A DNA stretch of 64,000 nucleotides. Source: an uncultured Actinomycetes bacterium (lineage in GTDB: Bacteria > Actinomycetota > UBA4738 > HRBIN12). The position numbers and the translations under genes were made by a program. The stretch covers positions 475,709-539,708 of the forward strand of contig CAWCXU010000013.1 in the NCBI GenBank assembly GCA_963799625.1, in the 5' to 3' direction. The notes beneath the pieces are model-generated. The model saw nothing but the letters and a program-made list of their open reading frames with translations. It was not told the DNA's origin and did not search any database. Positions 9,779 to 19,107 of the stretch are shown piece after piece (positions within the stretch are counted from its first letter, which is position 1; every line of letters starts with the position of its first letter).

Positions 9779-11902
9779 ATGCAGCCCCAGGTAGCGACCC
9801 CGATGCCGGACACGATCCGGCCGGCTCCCTCCAGGCGTGCCCTGGCCTGGGCGCTGTGGTCGTGCGCCGCGTTCGTGTTCGTCGCGTCCCTCGCCTTCGG
9901 GTTCGCCAAGGGGCTTCCGACACCGCTGTCGACGTTCTCGGAGGGCGGCGCCTTCATCGCCTACGGTCTGGTCGGACTGGTGATCGCCCGACGGGAACCG
10001 CGGAACCCGATCGGTTGGATCTTGCTCGCGGTGTGGGCCAGCGTGTCGTTCGTCTTCGCGTTCGTCGGGACCTATTCGCAGTGGGCATCGCTCCACGATC
10101 CCAGCGCGCCGGGCGCGGTATTCGCGAACTGGCTCGGCAACTGGGCGTGGGTTCCCATCTTCGTCCTGCTCCTCACCTACCCGCTCCTGTTGTTCCCGGA
10201 CGGGAAGCTCCCCAGCCCGCGATGGCGGCCCGTGGGGTGGGCGGTCGCGATCCTCACGGTCGCCTGGTCGATGGCATTCGCCTTCGAGCAGAACGACTAC
10301 ACCAACGGGCTCGACCAGCCCGCCACCAACCCGTACGTGTCCCAGCGATTCGCGCCCGTGTTCGACGCCGCACGCATCTGGATCAGTTTCTTCGTGATCG
10401 CCGCGTTCGGCGCGTGCGTGGCCGCCCTCGTGGTGCGGTACCGGCGATCGCGCGGTGTGGAGCGGGAGCAGATCCGGTGGTTGATGTTCGCCGGGGTGCT
10501 GACGGTGGCATGGTTCATGCTGCCGCTCGATCACGGCAACGGTGGCGTCGCGGACTTCATCCAGGGGTTCGTCCTGATGTTGATCCCGATCTCGATCGGG
10601 ATCGCGATCCTCCAGTACCGCCTGTACGACATCGACGTCGTGATCCGCAAGACCTTGGTCGTCGGCGTGCTCGCGGTCTTCATCGGTGCGGTCTACGTCG
10701 CGGTCGTGGTCGGGCTCGGATCGTTCGCCGACTCACCGGCCTTACGGATCGCCGCCACCGCACTCGTCGCCGTCGCGTTCCAGCCGGTGCGCGACCGCGC
10801 GAACCGTTGGGCGAACCGGCTCGTCTACGGGGCGCGCGCGACGCCGTACGAGGTCCTCGCCCGGTTCGGTGATCGCGTCGGCGAGACCTACGCGAGCGAC
10901 GACGTCTTGCCCCGGGTCGCCCGCGTGATCGCCGAGGGGACGGCGGCGGCGAGCGCCGAGGTGTGGCTCCGTCTCGGCGACGAGCTGCGGCTCACCGCCG
11001 CGTGGCCGGTCGCCGGCGAACATACGGCGCTCGAGATCGCCGACGGCGCGCTCCCGATCGAGGCCGACCGGGTCGCGGCGGTCCGCCACCACGGCGAGCT
11101 GCTCGGTGCGATCGCCGTGCACAAGCGGGTGAGCGAACCGCTCACCCACGGCGAGGCCGAGCTGGTCGACCGCCTGGCCGATCAGGCGGGCCTGATCTTG
11201 GCGAACGCTCGGCTGACCGCCGACCTGGAGGCTCGGCTGGACCAGATCGCGGTCCAGGCCGCCGAGCTCCGCGCCTCGCGCCAGCGGATCGTCACCGCCC
11301 AGGACGAGGAGCGCCGCCGCCTCGAGCGCAACATCCACGACGGCGCCCAGCAGCACCTGGTCGCCCTGGCCGTCAAGCTCCGCCTGGCGAAGACCGCGGT
11401 CGCCGCCGACCCGGCGCGGGGCCGCACGATGCTCGACGAACTCGGCGGGGAGATCGACGACGCGCTCGATACCTTGCGCGCGCTCGCGCTCGGGATCTAC
11501 CCGCCGCTGCTCGAAGAGCAGGGCATCGCGCCGGCGCTCGCTGCGCAGTACGTGCGCTCGGGTCTGCCGGTCCGGATGGACGCCGACGCCACGGGGCGCT
11601 ACCCGATCGAGATCGAAGCGGCCGTCTACTTCGCCGCGCTCGAGGCGCTCCAGAACGCCGCCAAGTACGCGGAGGCGGGAGAGATCGCGATCGCGATCCA
11701 GCCGGCCGACGGCGAGCTTCGGTTCTCGGTACGCGACGACGGCGTCGGGTTCGACCCCGCGCGGACCGGTCACGGCAGCGGTCTGGCGGGTATCCGCGAC
11801 CGCCTGGCGGTCTTCGGTGGCGACGCAACCGTGGAGTCCTCACCGGGTAAGGGGACCGTCGTGCGCGGTCGCGTCCCGGTTTCGGGGGTGCGGACACGAT
11901 GA
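9779..11902 (+). CDS. Sensor histidine kinase paralogue B (6-7 TM sensor domain + GAF-like + HisKA_3 + HATPase_c)
   Basis: Within ORF 9704..11902(+). Likely ATG at MQPQVATPMPD (about 9779). Conserved paralogue motifs PRNPIGWILLA, LLFPDGKLPSPRWRP, LQYRLYDIDVVIRKT; H-box RQRIVTAQDEERRRLERNIHDGAQQHLVAL; HATPase (YFAALEALQNAAKYA, DDGVGFDP, GSGLAGIRDRL). Stop overlaps the HK-C start (ATGA). Confidence 0.8.
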   Translation: MQPQVATPMPDTIRPAPSRRALAWALWSCAAFVFVASLAFGFAKGLPTPLSTFSEGGAFIAYGLVGLVIARREPRNPIGWILLAVWASVSFVFAFVGTYSQWASLHDPSAPGAVFANWLGNWAWVPIFVLLLTYPLLLFPDGKLPSPRWRPVGWAVAILTVAWSMAFAFEQNDYTNGLDQPATNPYVSQRFAPVFDAARIWISFFVIAAFGACVAALVVRYRRSRGVEREQIRWLMFAGVLTVAWFMLPLDHGNGGVADFIQGFVLMLIPISIGIAILQYRLYDIDVVIRKTLVVGVLAVFIGAVYVAVVVGLGSFADSPALRIAATALVAVAFQPVRDRANRWANRLVYGARATPYEVLARFGDRVGETYASDDVLPRVARVIAEGTAAASAEVWLRLGDELRLTAAWPVAGEHTALEIADGALPIEADRVAAVRHHGELLGAIAVHKRVSEPLTHGEAELVDRLADQAGLILANARLTADLEARLDQIAVQAAELRASRQRIVTAQDEERRRLERNIHDGAQQHLVALAVKLRLAKTAVAADPARGRTMLDELGGEIDDALDTLRALALGIYPPLLEEQGIAPALAAQYVRSGLPVRMDADATGRYPIEIEAAVYFAALEALQNAAKYAEAGEIAIAIQPADGELRFSVRDDGVGFDPARTGHGSGLAGIRDRLAVFGGDATVESSPGKGTVVRGRVPVSGVRTR

Positions 11903-13884
11903 GGCGAACGCTCGCCATCGCGATCCCGATCGCCTCGGTCGCCCTGCTGCTCGCCGGCGGGACCCTCGAGCGCTCGCCCGGTGACCTGATGTGGGTGCCG
12001 CTCGTTGCCGCGTCGACCGGTGTCGGCGCGCTGCTGTGGTACCGGCGAGCCGGACGGGCGCTCGGCCCGTTGTTCGCGTTCGTCGGCGCATCGGTCGCGC
12101 TCGACGTCGCGCTCTCGGGATACGTGCACGAGGCGGCGATCGACGACCTCCCCGGAGCGAACTGGGTTGCGTGGGTCTTCCAGTCGGCGATCGGGCTGGC
12201 CGGCGCGATCTACTTGATCCTGCAGCTGTTCCCGACGGGGCGCCCGCTCACGCCACGATGGCGGGCGCTCGTGTGGCTCACGCTGGCCGCGATCGCGGTG
12301 TCGATCGTCGGTCCCGCGCTGGGCGTCACCGCCAACTTCACGCAGAACTTCCCGCAGATCACCCACCCGCTGCAGGTGGTCTCCCCGTCGCTGGCCGAGT
12401 CGCTGGTGTCGATCGGCGGCCTCGCGGGTGTGGTGGTGCTCCTGGCGTCGGCCGTCGAGATCGTGCTCCGTTACCGGCGCTCCACGGGGGTCGAACGCGC
12501 GCAGATGAAGTGGTTCACCGCGGCGAGCGCGGTGACGGCGGTCGGGGTCGCCCTCGGCGCGTTCCTCGTGCCGCAACCCGACGTGCCCTTCGCGCTGCTG
12601 ACGCCGTTGATCCCGATCGCCGCGGGGATCGCGATCTTGCGCTACCGGCTGTACGACATCGATCTCGTGCTGTCGAAGACGCTCGTGTTCGCCCTGCTCG
12701 CGGCGTTCATCACGGTGGTGTACGTCCTGGTCGTTGCGGCCATCGGATCGATCACCGGGGCCGGTTCGCTCCTCGCAACGGTGATCGTCGCGGTGCTGTT
12801 CCAGCCCGCGCGTGTGTGGGCGCGACGCTTGGCGAACCGCCTCGTCTTCGGCGAGCGCGCGACGCCCTACGAGGTGATGGCGGGATTCTCCGAACGGGTG
12901 GCCGATGCCGTGTCGACCGAGGAGGTCCTGCCGCAGATGGCCGAGGCCGCCGGCGCCGGTGTTGGCGCGGCCGAGGTCACGATCCGCGTCACGCTCCCCG
13001 ACGGCGGCGAGCGCGTCGAGCGGTGGCAGGGACCGGCCGCCGGGGGCCGTATCGCCGAGCCCTGGGTGACGACGATCGTTCACCAGGGCGAACCCGTCGC
13101 GACCCTCACGGTCACGAAGCCGGCGAACGACCCGCTCACGCCGGCCGAGCGCGGATTGTTGGAAGACCTCGGTGCCCAGGCCGGGCTCGCGGTGCACAAC
13201 GTCCGCCTCACCGAGGAGCTCGCGATCCGGCTGCGGGAGCTCGACGTGCAGGCGGCGGACCTGCGGGTCTCGCGTGAGCGGTTGGTGACCGCCCGCGACG
13301 CGCAGCGTCGCGGGCTCCAGCGCGACATCCAGGAGGGGCCGGAGCGCCAGCTGCTCGACATCGGCCGCGCGCTGGAGACGGTCACCGAGCCCACACAGCT
13401 CGACCCGCTGATCGAGCGCGCGAACGACACCCTCGACGGTCTCCGCGACCTCGCGCGCGGCGTCTTCCCGCCTCTGCTCGCCGACCAGGGGATCGTCCCG
13501 GCGCTCGAAGCACACATCCGCAAGGTCGGCGCGCACGCGACGGTCGACGCACCGGCGCTGGCGGGCCGCCGGTTCGACGCGGACGTCGAGGCGTGCGCGT
13601 ACTTCTGCTGTTTGCAAGCGATCCAGAACGTGCTGCGGCACGCGGGGAACGCACCGAGCCGCGTGCGGCTCGGTCTCGACGGTGAGGAACTGACCTTCGA
13701 GATCGCCGACGAAGGGCCGGGCTTCGACGTGGCACGCACATCGCGCGGCATGGGCCTGCAGATCATCCAGGACCGGGTCGACGCGCTCGAGGGCTCGCTC
13801 GAGGTCCGAAGCGACGCGTCGGGGACCACGGTCATGGGCCGCATCCCGACGGCGGCCCATGATCAGGTACGGGCGGCACGGTGA
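11899..13884 (+). CDS. Sensor histidine kinase paralogue C (same architecture)
   Basis: MRRTLAIAIPIASVALLLAGG...LRYRLYDIDLVLSKT...H-box-like ARDAQRRGLQRDIQEG (degenerate; an E sits where the phospho-His is expected, so it may be a pseudo-kinase)...HATPase FCCLQAIQNVLRHAG, DEGPGFD. Start and stop both overlap neighbours by ATGA. Confidence 0.8.
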   Translation: MRRTLAIAIPIASVALLLAGGTLERSPGDLMWVPLVAASTGVGALLWYRRAGRALGPLFAFVGASVALDVALSGYVHEAAIDDLPGANWVAWVFQSAIGLAGAIYLILQLFPTGRPLTPRWRALVWLTLAAIAVSIVGPALGVTANFTQNFPQITHPLQVVSPSLAESLVSIGGLAGVVVLLASAVEIVLRYRRSTGVERAQMKWFTAASAVTAVGVALGAFLVPQPDVPFALLTPLIPIAAGIAILRYRLYDIDLVLSKTLVFALLAAFITVVYVLVVAAIGSITGAGSLLATVIVAVLFQPARVWARRLANRLVFGERATPYEVMAGFSERVADAVSTEEVLPQMAEAAGAGVGAAEVTIRVTLPDGGERVERWQGPAAGGRIAEPWVTTIVHQGEPVATLTVTKPANDPLTPAERGLLEDLGAQAGLAVHNVRLTEELAIRLRELDVQAADLRVSRERLVTARDAQRRGLQRDIQEGPERQLLDIGRALETVTEPTQLDPLIERANDTLDGLRDLARGVFPPLLADQGIVPALEAHIRKVGAHATVDAPALAGRRFDADVEACAYFCCLQAIQNVLRHAGNAPSRVRLGLDGEELTFEIADEGPGFDVARTSRGMGLQIIQDRVDALEGSLEVRSDASGTTVMGRIPTAAHDQVRAAR

Positions 13885-16016
13885 CCGCGCGACGGATCGC
13901 GATCGGTGTGATCTCGGTCACGGTCGTGCTGTTCGTCGCGCGTTACGTGCTCGCCGTGTCCACCGGCAGCCTCTCGGATCAGTCCGGCCTCGCGTTCAAC
14001 CTGATCTACGGCGTCGGCGTGGTGCTCTTCTGCGCACTGTTCGTGTTCGTCGGGTGGTCGATCGTCACCCGGCGGCCGCGGAACGCGATCGGCTGGATCC
14101 TGTTGGCGATCCCGCTGATCGGTGGGCTGGCGCTGTTCTGCGGCGACTACGCGACGCAGGCGCTGAAGGTCGACCCCGGATCGCTACCGTTCGGCACCGC
14201 CGCCGCCTGGGTGGATCGCTGGCTGATCGTGGTGGTCCTGTGCAGCTTCATCCCGCTGTTCCTGTTGTTCCCGGACGGGCGGTTGCCCTCACGTCGCTGG
14301 CGACCGGTGCTCTGGGTCTCGATCGGGGCACCGATCGTCACGCTGATCGCGTTCGCGCTAACCCCCGGACCGATGACCGGCGCGTTCGCCGATCTCACCG
14401 GCGTCACCGTGATGAACCCGCTCGGCATCGACGCGCTCGAGGGTCCGCTCCAGACGATCACCCTGATCGGCGGGTTCGCGACCTTCCTGATGGTGTTCCC
14501 GGCGTGCGCCGCGATCGTCGTGCGCTACCGCGGGGCGACGGGCGAGGTGCGCCAGCAGATCAGGTGGCTCGCCTTCGTCGGCGTCGTGTTCACGGTCGAG
14601 CTCGTCGTCGGCATCATCGTCACCGCGCTCGTCGGGGACAGCACCCCGTTGGGCGATCTCGTGGGGTCGATCTTCTTCGCCGTGTGGTTCTTGACCCTCC
14701 TCGCCGGCATCCCGATCGCGTGCGGGGTGGCGATCTTGAAGTACCACCTCTACGACCTCGACGTCGTGGTGCGCAAGACCGTGGTGTTCGGCCTGCTCGC
14801 CGTGTTCATCACGGTCGTGTACGCGGCGGTCGTCAGCGGCGTCGGGGCGCTGATCGGCGGCCATGATGCGACCCTCTCGTTCGTCGCCGCCGCCGTCCTC
14901 GCACTGGCGTTCCAGCCCGCGCGGGAACGCGCGCGCCGGGTCGCCGATCGTGTCGTGTACGGACAGCGCGCCACGCCCTACGAGGTCCTGGCGGCCTTCT
15001 CCAGCCGTGTCGGTGAGGCCTACGACGCCGGTGACGTCCTCCCTCGGATGGCGCAGGTGCTGGCCAGCGGCACCGGCGCGACCTCGGCGACCGTCTGGCT
15101 TCGGGTCGGGGCCGACCTGCACCCGATCGCGACGTTCCCCGAGGGAGCCGAGCCAACCCGCGACCACGTGGTCGAGGTCGTGCACCAGGGCACACCGCTC
15201 GGGGAGCTCTCCGTGTCGATGCCGCCGTCCGACCCGTTCGGTCCCGCCAAGGAGAAGCTCATCCAGGACCTCGCGGCCCAGGCCGGGCTCGTCTTGCGGA
15301 ACGTTCGGCTGATCGAGGAGCTGCGGGCGTCGCGGCAGCGGCTGGTCGCCGCGCAGGACGAGGAGCGACGCCGGATCGAACGGAACCTCCACGACGGCGT
15401 CCAGCAACAGCTCGTCGCGCTCAACGTGCAGCTCGGCCTGCTCGGCAAGATCGCCGATCGCGATCCGAGGAAGGTGCCCGCGATGGCCGAACAGCTCCAG
15501 GGCCGCGCCGTCGAGGCGCTGGAGGATCTCCGCGACCTCGCTCGCGGGATCTACCCGCCCCTGCTCGCCGACAAGGGGCTGGCCGCCGCGCTGCAGGCGC
15601 AGGCCCGCAAGGCAGCGGTGCCGACGACGGTGGCGTTCGACGGGATCGGCCGCTACGACCGCGCCGTCGAGGCCGCCGTCTACTTCTGCTCGCTCGAGGC
15701 GCTCAACAACGTGGCGAAGTACGCCGGGGCGAGCGCCGCGACGATCGAACTCACGCAGCAGGACGGCCGGCTTCGCTTCACGGTCCGCGACGACGGCGCC
15801 GGCTTCGACCCGGGCGCCACCGCGTACGGCACCGGCCTGCAAGGCATGGCCGACCGCCTCGACGCGATCGGCGGGTCGCTCCACGTGGCGTCGTCGGTCG
15901 GAGAGGGCACGACGGTGACAGGAAGCGTGCCGGTCGGAAGCGCCGAGGCTCAGACGCTCGCGGCATCCCAGGCCGCCTCGAGCCTGTCCGGCCCGAACGA
16001 CGACTTGGGGATGTAG
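13881..16016 (+). CDS. Sensor histidine kinase paralogue D (same architecture)
   Basis: PRNAIGWILLAIPLIGG, LLFPDGRLPSRRWRP, LKYHLYDLDVVVRKT; H-box RQRLVAAQDEERRRIERNLHDGVQQQLVAL; HATPase motifs. The 3' end overlaps the convergent REC-only RR gene by about 67 bp. Confidence 0.85.
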   Translation: MTARRIAIGVISVTVVLFVARYVLAVSTGSLSDQSGLAFNLIYGVGVVLFCALFVFVGWSIVTRRPRNAIGWILLAIPLIGGLALFCGDYATQALKVDPGSLPFGTAAAWVDRWLIVVVLCSFIPLFLLFPDGRLPSRRWRPVLWVSIGAPIVTLIAFALTPGPMTGAFADLTGVTVMNPLGIDALEGPLQTITLIGGFATFLMVFPACAAIVVRYRGATGEVRQQIRWLAFVGVVFTVELVVGIIVTALVGDSTPLGDLVGSIFFAVWFLTLLAGIPIACGVAILKYHLYDLDVVVRKTVVFGLLAVFITVVYAAVVSGVGALIGGHDATLSFVAAAVLALAFQPARERARRVADRVVYGQRATPYEVLAAFSSRVGEAYDAGDVLPRMAQVLASGTGATSATVWLRVGADLHPIATFPEGAEPTRDHVVEVVHQGTPLGELSVSMPPSDPFGPAKEKLIQDLAAQAGLVLRNVRLIEELRASRQRLVAAQDEERRRIERNLHDGVQQQLVALNVQLGLLGKIADRDPRKVPAMAEQLQGRAVEALEDLRDLARGIYPPLLADKGLAAALQAQARKAAVPTTVAFDGIGRYDRAVEAAVYFCSLEALNNVAKYAGASAATIELTQQDGRLRFTVRDDGAGFDPGATAYGTGLQGMADRLDAIGGSLHVASSVGEGTTVTGSVPVGSAEAQTLAASQAASSLSGPNDDLGM

Positions 16017-16318
16017 GCCGCCGCGCCGCATTCCGCTGCTCGCGGCGCGTATTCGGCCTCCTCGTAGGTGGACAGGAGCAGGACGACCACCGTGTCGGAC
16101 GCGCCGAGGATCTGACGGGTCGCGTCGAGGCCGTTGATCCCCGGGAGGTTCACGTCCATCAGCACGAGGTCGGGCTGCAGGTCCGTCGCCATCGCGACCG
16201 AGTCTTCACCGGTCTCGGCTTCGCCCACCACCTCGAAGCCGTCGGTCAGCTCCACCACCATGCGGGCAGCCTGCCGGAACGGCTCCTGGTCATCGACGAT
16301 CAAGACACGAACGGTCAT
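15950..16318 (-). CDS. Stand-alone receiver-domain response regulator (REC only, CheY-like)
   Basis: MTVRVLIVDDQEPFRQAARMVVE...DLVLMDVNLPGINGLDATRQI...VLLLSTYEEAEY...PKSS. 122 aa with no output domain. ATG at 16318. Confidence 0.8.
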   Translation of the reverse strand: MTVRVLIVDDQEPFRQAARMVVELTDGFEVVGEAETGEDSVAMATDLQPDLVLMDVNLPGINGLDATRQILGASDTVVVLLLSTYEEAEYAPRAAECGAAAYIPKSSFGPDRLEAAWDAASV

Positions 16319-16377
16319 CGTGGTACCCCTGCGACCCAGGCTGGCAGACGCGATGCGAGACGACAGTGGTGCCAGCA

Positions 16378-17598
16378 CTACTGTTCGGATGAACCGTCCT
16401 GCAACGCTTCTCGCTCTTCCTTGCGCTCGCGGGACCCGGGCTTCTTGAGCGCGGCGGTGCGCGCGAGCCGTGCGCGGAGGTCGCGCGGATCGTCGAGCGG
16501 CGCCGGCGACTCCGCTTCGGGCACGAGCCGGTCCAAGACGTCGGTCGCGTCGTCGGGTCCGGCGACCGACTTGGCCGCGACGGGGGCCGGAGCCGGTGCG
16601 GGGACCACGACGACCTCGGGCCGGGCTTCGGGGTCGCGTCCCGCGGGGGGCGGCGGCTTCGAGGTCACGGTCACATCGTCGGCGACGACCGTGACCGGGT
16701 CCGACCGCGGCTTGGGGGTTGGAGCCGGCGTCTCGGCGGGCTCGTCGGCACGGGATCGACGCGGCGTGGGCGTCCGCTCGGCGGCGGGCTTCGCCGTGCT
16801 GCGCTTGGACGTCCGTTTCTTCGGAGCGTGATTCGAGCTGGTCGACGCGACCGCTGGCGCAGCAGCAGCGGCAGCGGCCGGAGCGACGGCGGGCGTGACG
16901 GCCGGTGGGGTCGCGGCGGCGGGCGGGGAGGCGGCGGGCTTGCTCGCCGCGGGCTCCACAAGAGCCGGCTTCGCGCGAGGACCGGGGGTCGCGCGCGTCG
17001 GCAGGGCGGTCGACGAAGGCGGTTCCGGCGGCAGGCCGGGCACGTTTCGCCCGCCGGTCCCGAGCGTGGTGAGCGCCTGTTGCAGACGCGCCTCGGCCTT
17101 CAGCCGCAGACGCTCGCTCTCGTCGAGACGTTGCTGCAAGCTGTCGACCCGCTGACGGACGTGATCGTCCTGGTGCTCGATCACGACGGCCCGCTCGGCG
17201 TCGACGATCGCGAGGTTCGGCGGCAGCGTCGCGGGATAGAACGGCACCCCGACGCCGATGTCGGCGACCGGCTCGCGCATCGACAACAACGCGAGGCCGA
17301 ACAGCAGGAGGAACGCGGCGGCCGCGACGATCCGGTACCCGTTCCAATCGTGGTGCACCTGCGCGAGAAGTGCCGCGTCGCTGACTTCGAACTCGGTCAC
17401 TTCAGGGCTACCGGTCGGACCGTCGATCTTCGTGTAGGCGTGCACCGTGGTCGGTCCCGGATCGCCGGTCGGCAGCCGATCGGTCACCACGAGCCGCGAG
17501 CCGCTCGAGAGCGCGCCCGCGATGTCGTCGTCGTTGAGGGCGGTGCCGAGCCGCAAGGGATCGGGCTGGAGCGAGGACGCGATCAGCAACCGGCTCAC
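16378..17598 (-). CDS. Hypothetical membrane-associated protein with a long Pro/Ala/Lys-rich low-complexity C-terminus. Possibly the 3' part of a frameshifted gene that continues from ORF 17408..17929(-).
   Basis: ORF 16378..17598(-) contains a TM segment (YRIVAAAAFLLLFGLALLSM), a coiled-coil-like stretch, then a PA-rich tail. The overlapping ORF 17408..17929(-) in another frame carries a second plausible TM segment (IWWPLAMVALVALVLTV). The gene model is uncertain. Confidence 0.3.
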   Translation of the reverse strand: MSRLLIASSLQPDPLRLGTALNDDDIAGALSSGSRLVVTDRLPTGDPGPTTVHAYTKIDGPTGSPEVTEFEVSDAALLAQVHHDWNGYRIVAAAAFLLLFGLALLSMREPVADIGVGVPFYPATLPPNLAIVDAERAVVIEHQDDHVRQRVDSLQQRLDESERLRLKAEARLQQALTTLGTGGRNVPGLPPEPPSSTALPTRATPGPRAKPALVEPAASKPAASPPAAATPPAVTPAVAPAAAAAAAPAVASTSSNHAPKKRTSKRSTAKPAAERTPTPRRSRADEPAETPAPTPKPRSDPVTVVADDVTVTSKPPPPAGRDPEARPEVVVVPAPAPAPVAAKSVAGPDDATDVLDRLVPEAESPAPLDDPRDLRARLARTAALKKPGSRERKEEREALQDGSSEQ

Positions 17599-18029
17599 TG
17601 CTCCACAGGCGGATCGCGTCGTACCCGGGGTTCGCCGCCTGGATCCGCGACAGCGCCGCCGAGATGTCAGCCACGGTCGTGCCGTTGGTCGTCAGCGGCT
17701 CGATCTGGGAGGTGCTCAGCACGATCGCGCGCGCGGCGCTCTCGCGGCGGGCGCGGTCGGCGGCATGGTTCGCTGCCGGCACGGTCAGCACCAGCGCGAC
17801 CAGCGCGACCATCGCGAGCGGCCACCAGATCTTGGCGCTCACTTCGTCGAGCGTGAACCTATCCAACACGGAAATGTGCGCCCCCCCGATACACGGACGC
17901 CGCCAACGATACCGCCGCGTTCGGCTCATGCGAACAGCCGAAGGGCCTCGCCGAAAGGCCTACCCCGCCCCGGCGCTCGCCACGACCAACAGGGCCTGCT
18001 CGACCACGAGCTTCGCGTTGCGGTTCACG

Positions 18030-19076
18030 TCATCTGCGAGCTCGGCGCGGGCGCCCTCCAGCGCCGCCAATGACGCGACCAGGCCGCCGACATCGGCCGC
18101 CGGGAGCAGGCTCCCGGTCGAGGTTGAGCCGCACGCCGGGCGGCGCCTGCACCGTGGCCGCGATCCGATCCCGCACGATCGCCGAGGCAGCCAGCAGGAT
18201 CCGGTCGACCTGATCGCGCTCGGCCCGACGCTCCCGGCGCGCGAACCGGGTCTCGATCCGCCGGATCGCCCCCCGGTAGGCCTCCTCCGGCCTGCCCTTC
18301 GCGTCCAGGAACGGGGCGAGTTCCTCGTCCAGCTCGGCGCGCAACCCCTTCTTGTAGGCCGCCGCGGCGTCCAGGATGTCGGCCGCCGCCGCCAGCGCCT
18401 CGCCCGCACCCCGGGTGGCCCGGTCCAGGGCGCTCGCCGCGACGTCGCGGAACGCCAACCCCTCGGGGTCGGTCGCCATCCGGCGCGCGCGGCCCAGGTT
18501 GCCGCCCGACAGACGAGCCACCAGCTGCGCGCGGGTCCGGTCGATCCCCTCTCCCTCGAGCTCCCGCACGACGAACGACTCGGGGAGCGCCGCGAAGACG
18601 ACGACGTGGCAGCGGCTGAGGACCGTGTCGGGCAGCTCCTGGGCCCGGGCCGACAGGAGCAGGAACACGGTGTCGAGCGGCGGCTCCTCGAGCACCTTGA
18701 GCAGGGTGTCCGCGGCGGGGGCGACAGCCGGTCGGCCTCGCGGATCGACGAAGACCTTGCGGCCGGGCTCGGGCGCCGTGCGGTAGGCGTGGTGCCAGAC
18801 CTCGTCGCGGATCGTGTCGATGTGGATGTCGCGCCCCTCGGGCTCGACGACGAACTCGTTCGGGTGATGTTCGCGGAGCGCCAGGGTGCAGTCCCGGCAC
18901 GTGCCGCAGCCGCCGTCGTGGCACAGGAGCGACGCCACGAACGCGCGGGCGACGAGCGACTTGCCCGACCCCTCGGGCCCGGCCAGGACGTAGGCGTGGT
19001 GCGGACGCTCCGCCGCGCGCCGCAGGAACGAGACGGCGGCCTCCTGGCCCGAGACGCGATCGAGGACTGCTCCCAT
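18030..19076 (-). CDS. holB: DNA polymerase III subunit delta' (HolB)
   Basis: AAA+ clamp-loader motifs HAYVLAGPEGSGKS, the zinc-module LLCHDGGCGTCRDC, and SRCHVVVF (SRC motif). Conserved position downstream of tmk. Confidence 0.8.
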   Translation of the reverse strand: MGAVLDRVSGQEAAVSFLRRAAERPHHAYVLAGPEGSGKSLVARAFVASLLCHDGGCGTCRDCTLALREHHPNEFVVEPEGRDIHIDTIRDEVWHHAYRTAPEPGRKVFVDPRGRPAVAPAADTLLKVLEEPPLDTVFLLLSARAQELPDTVLSRCHVVVFAALPESFVVRELEGEGIDRTRAQLVARLSGGNLGRARRMATDPEGLAFRDVAASALDRATRGAGEALAAAADILDAAAAYKKGLRAELDEELAPFLDAKGRPEEAYRGAIRRIETRFARRERRAERDQVDRILLAASAIVRDRIAATVQAPPGVRLNLDREPAPGGRCRRPGRVIGGAGGRPRRARR

Positions 19077-19107
19077 CGCGGGCAGGGTAGCGCGCGGCGC
19101 CGACCCG

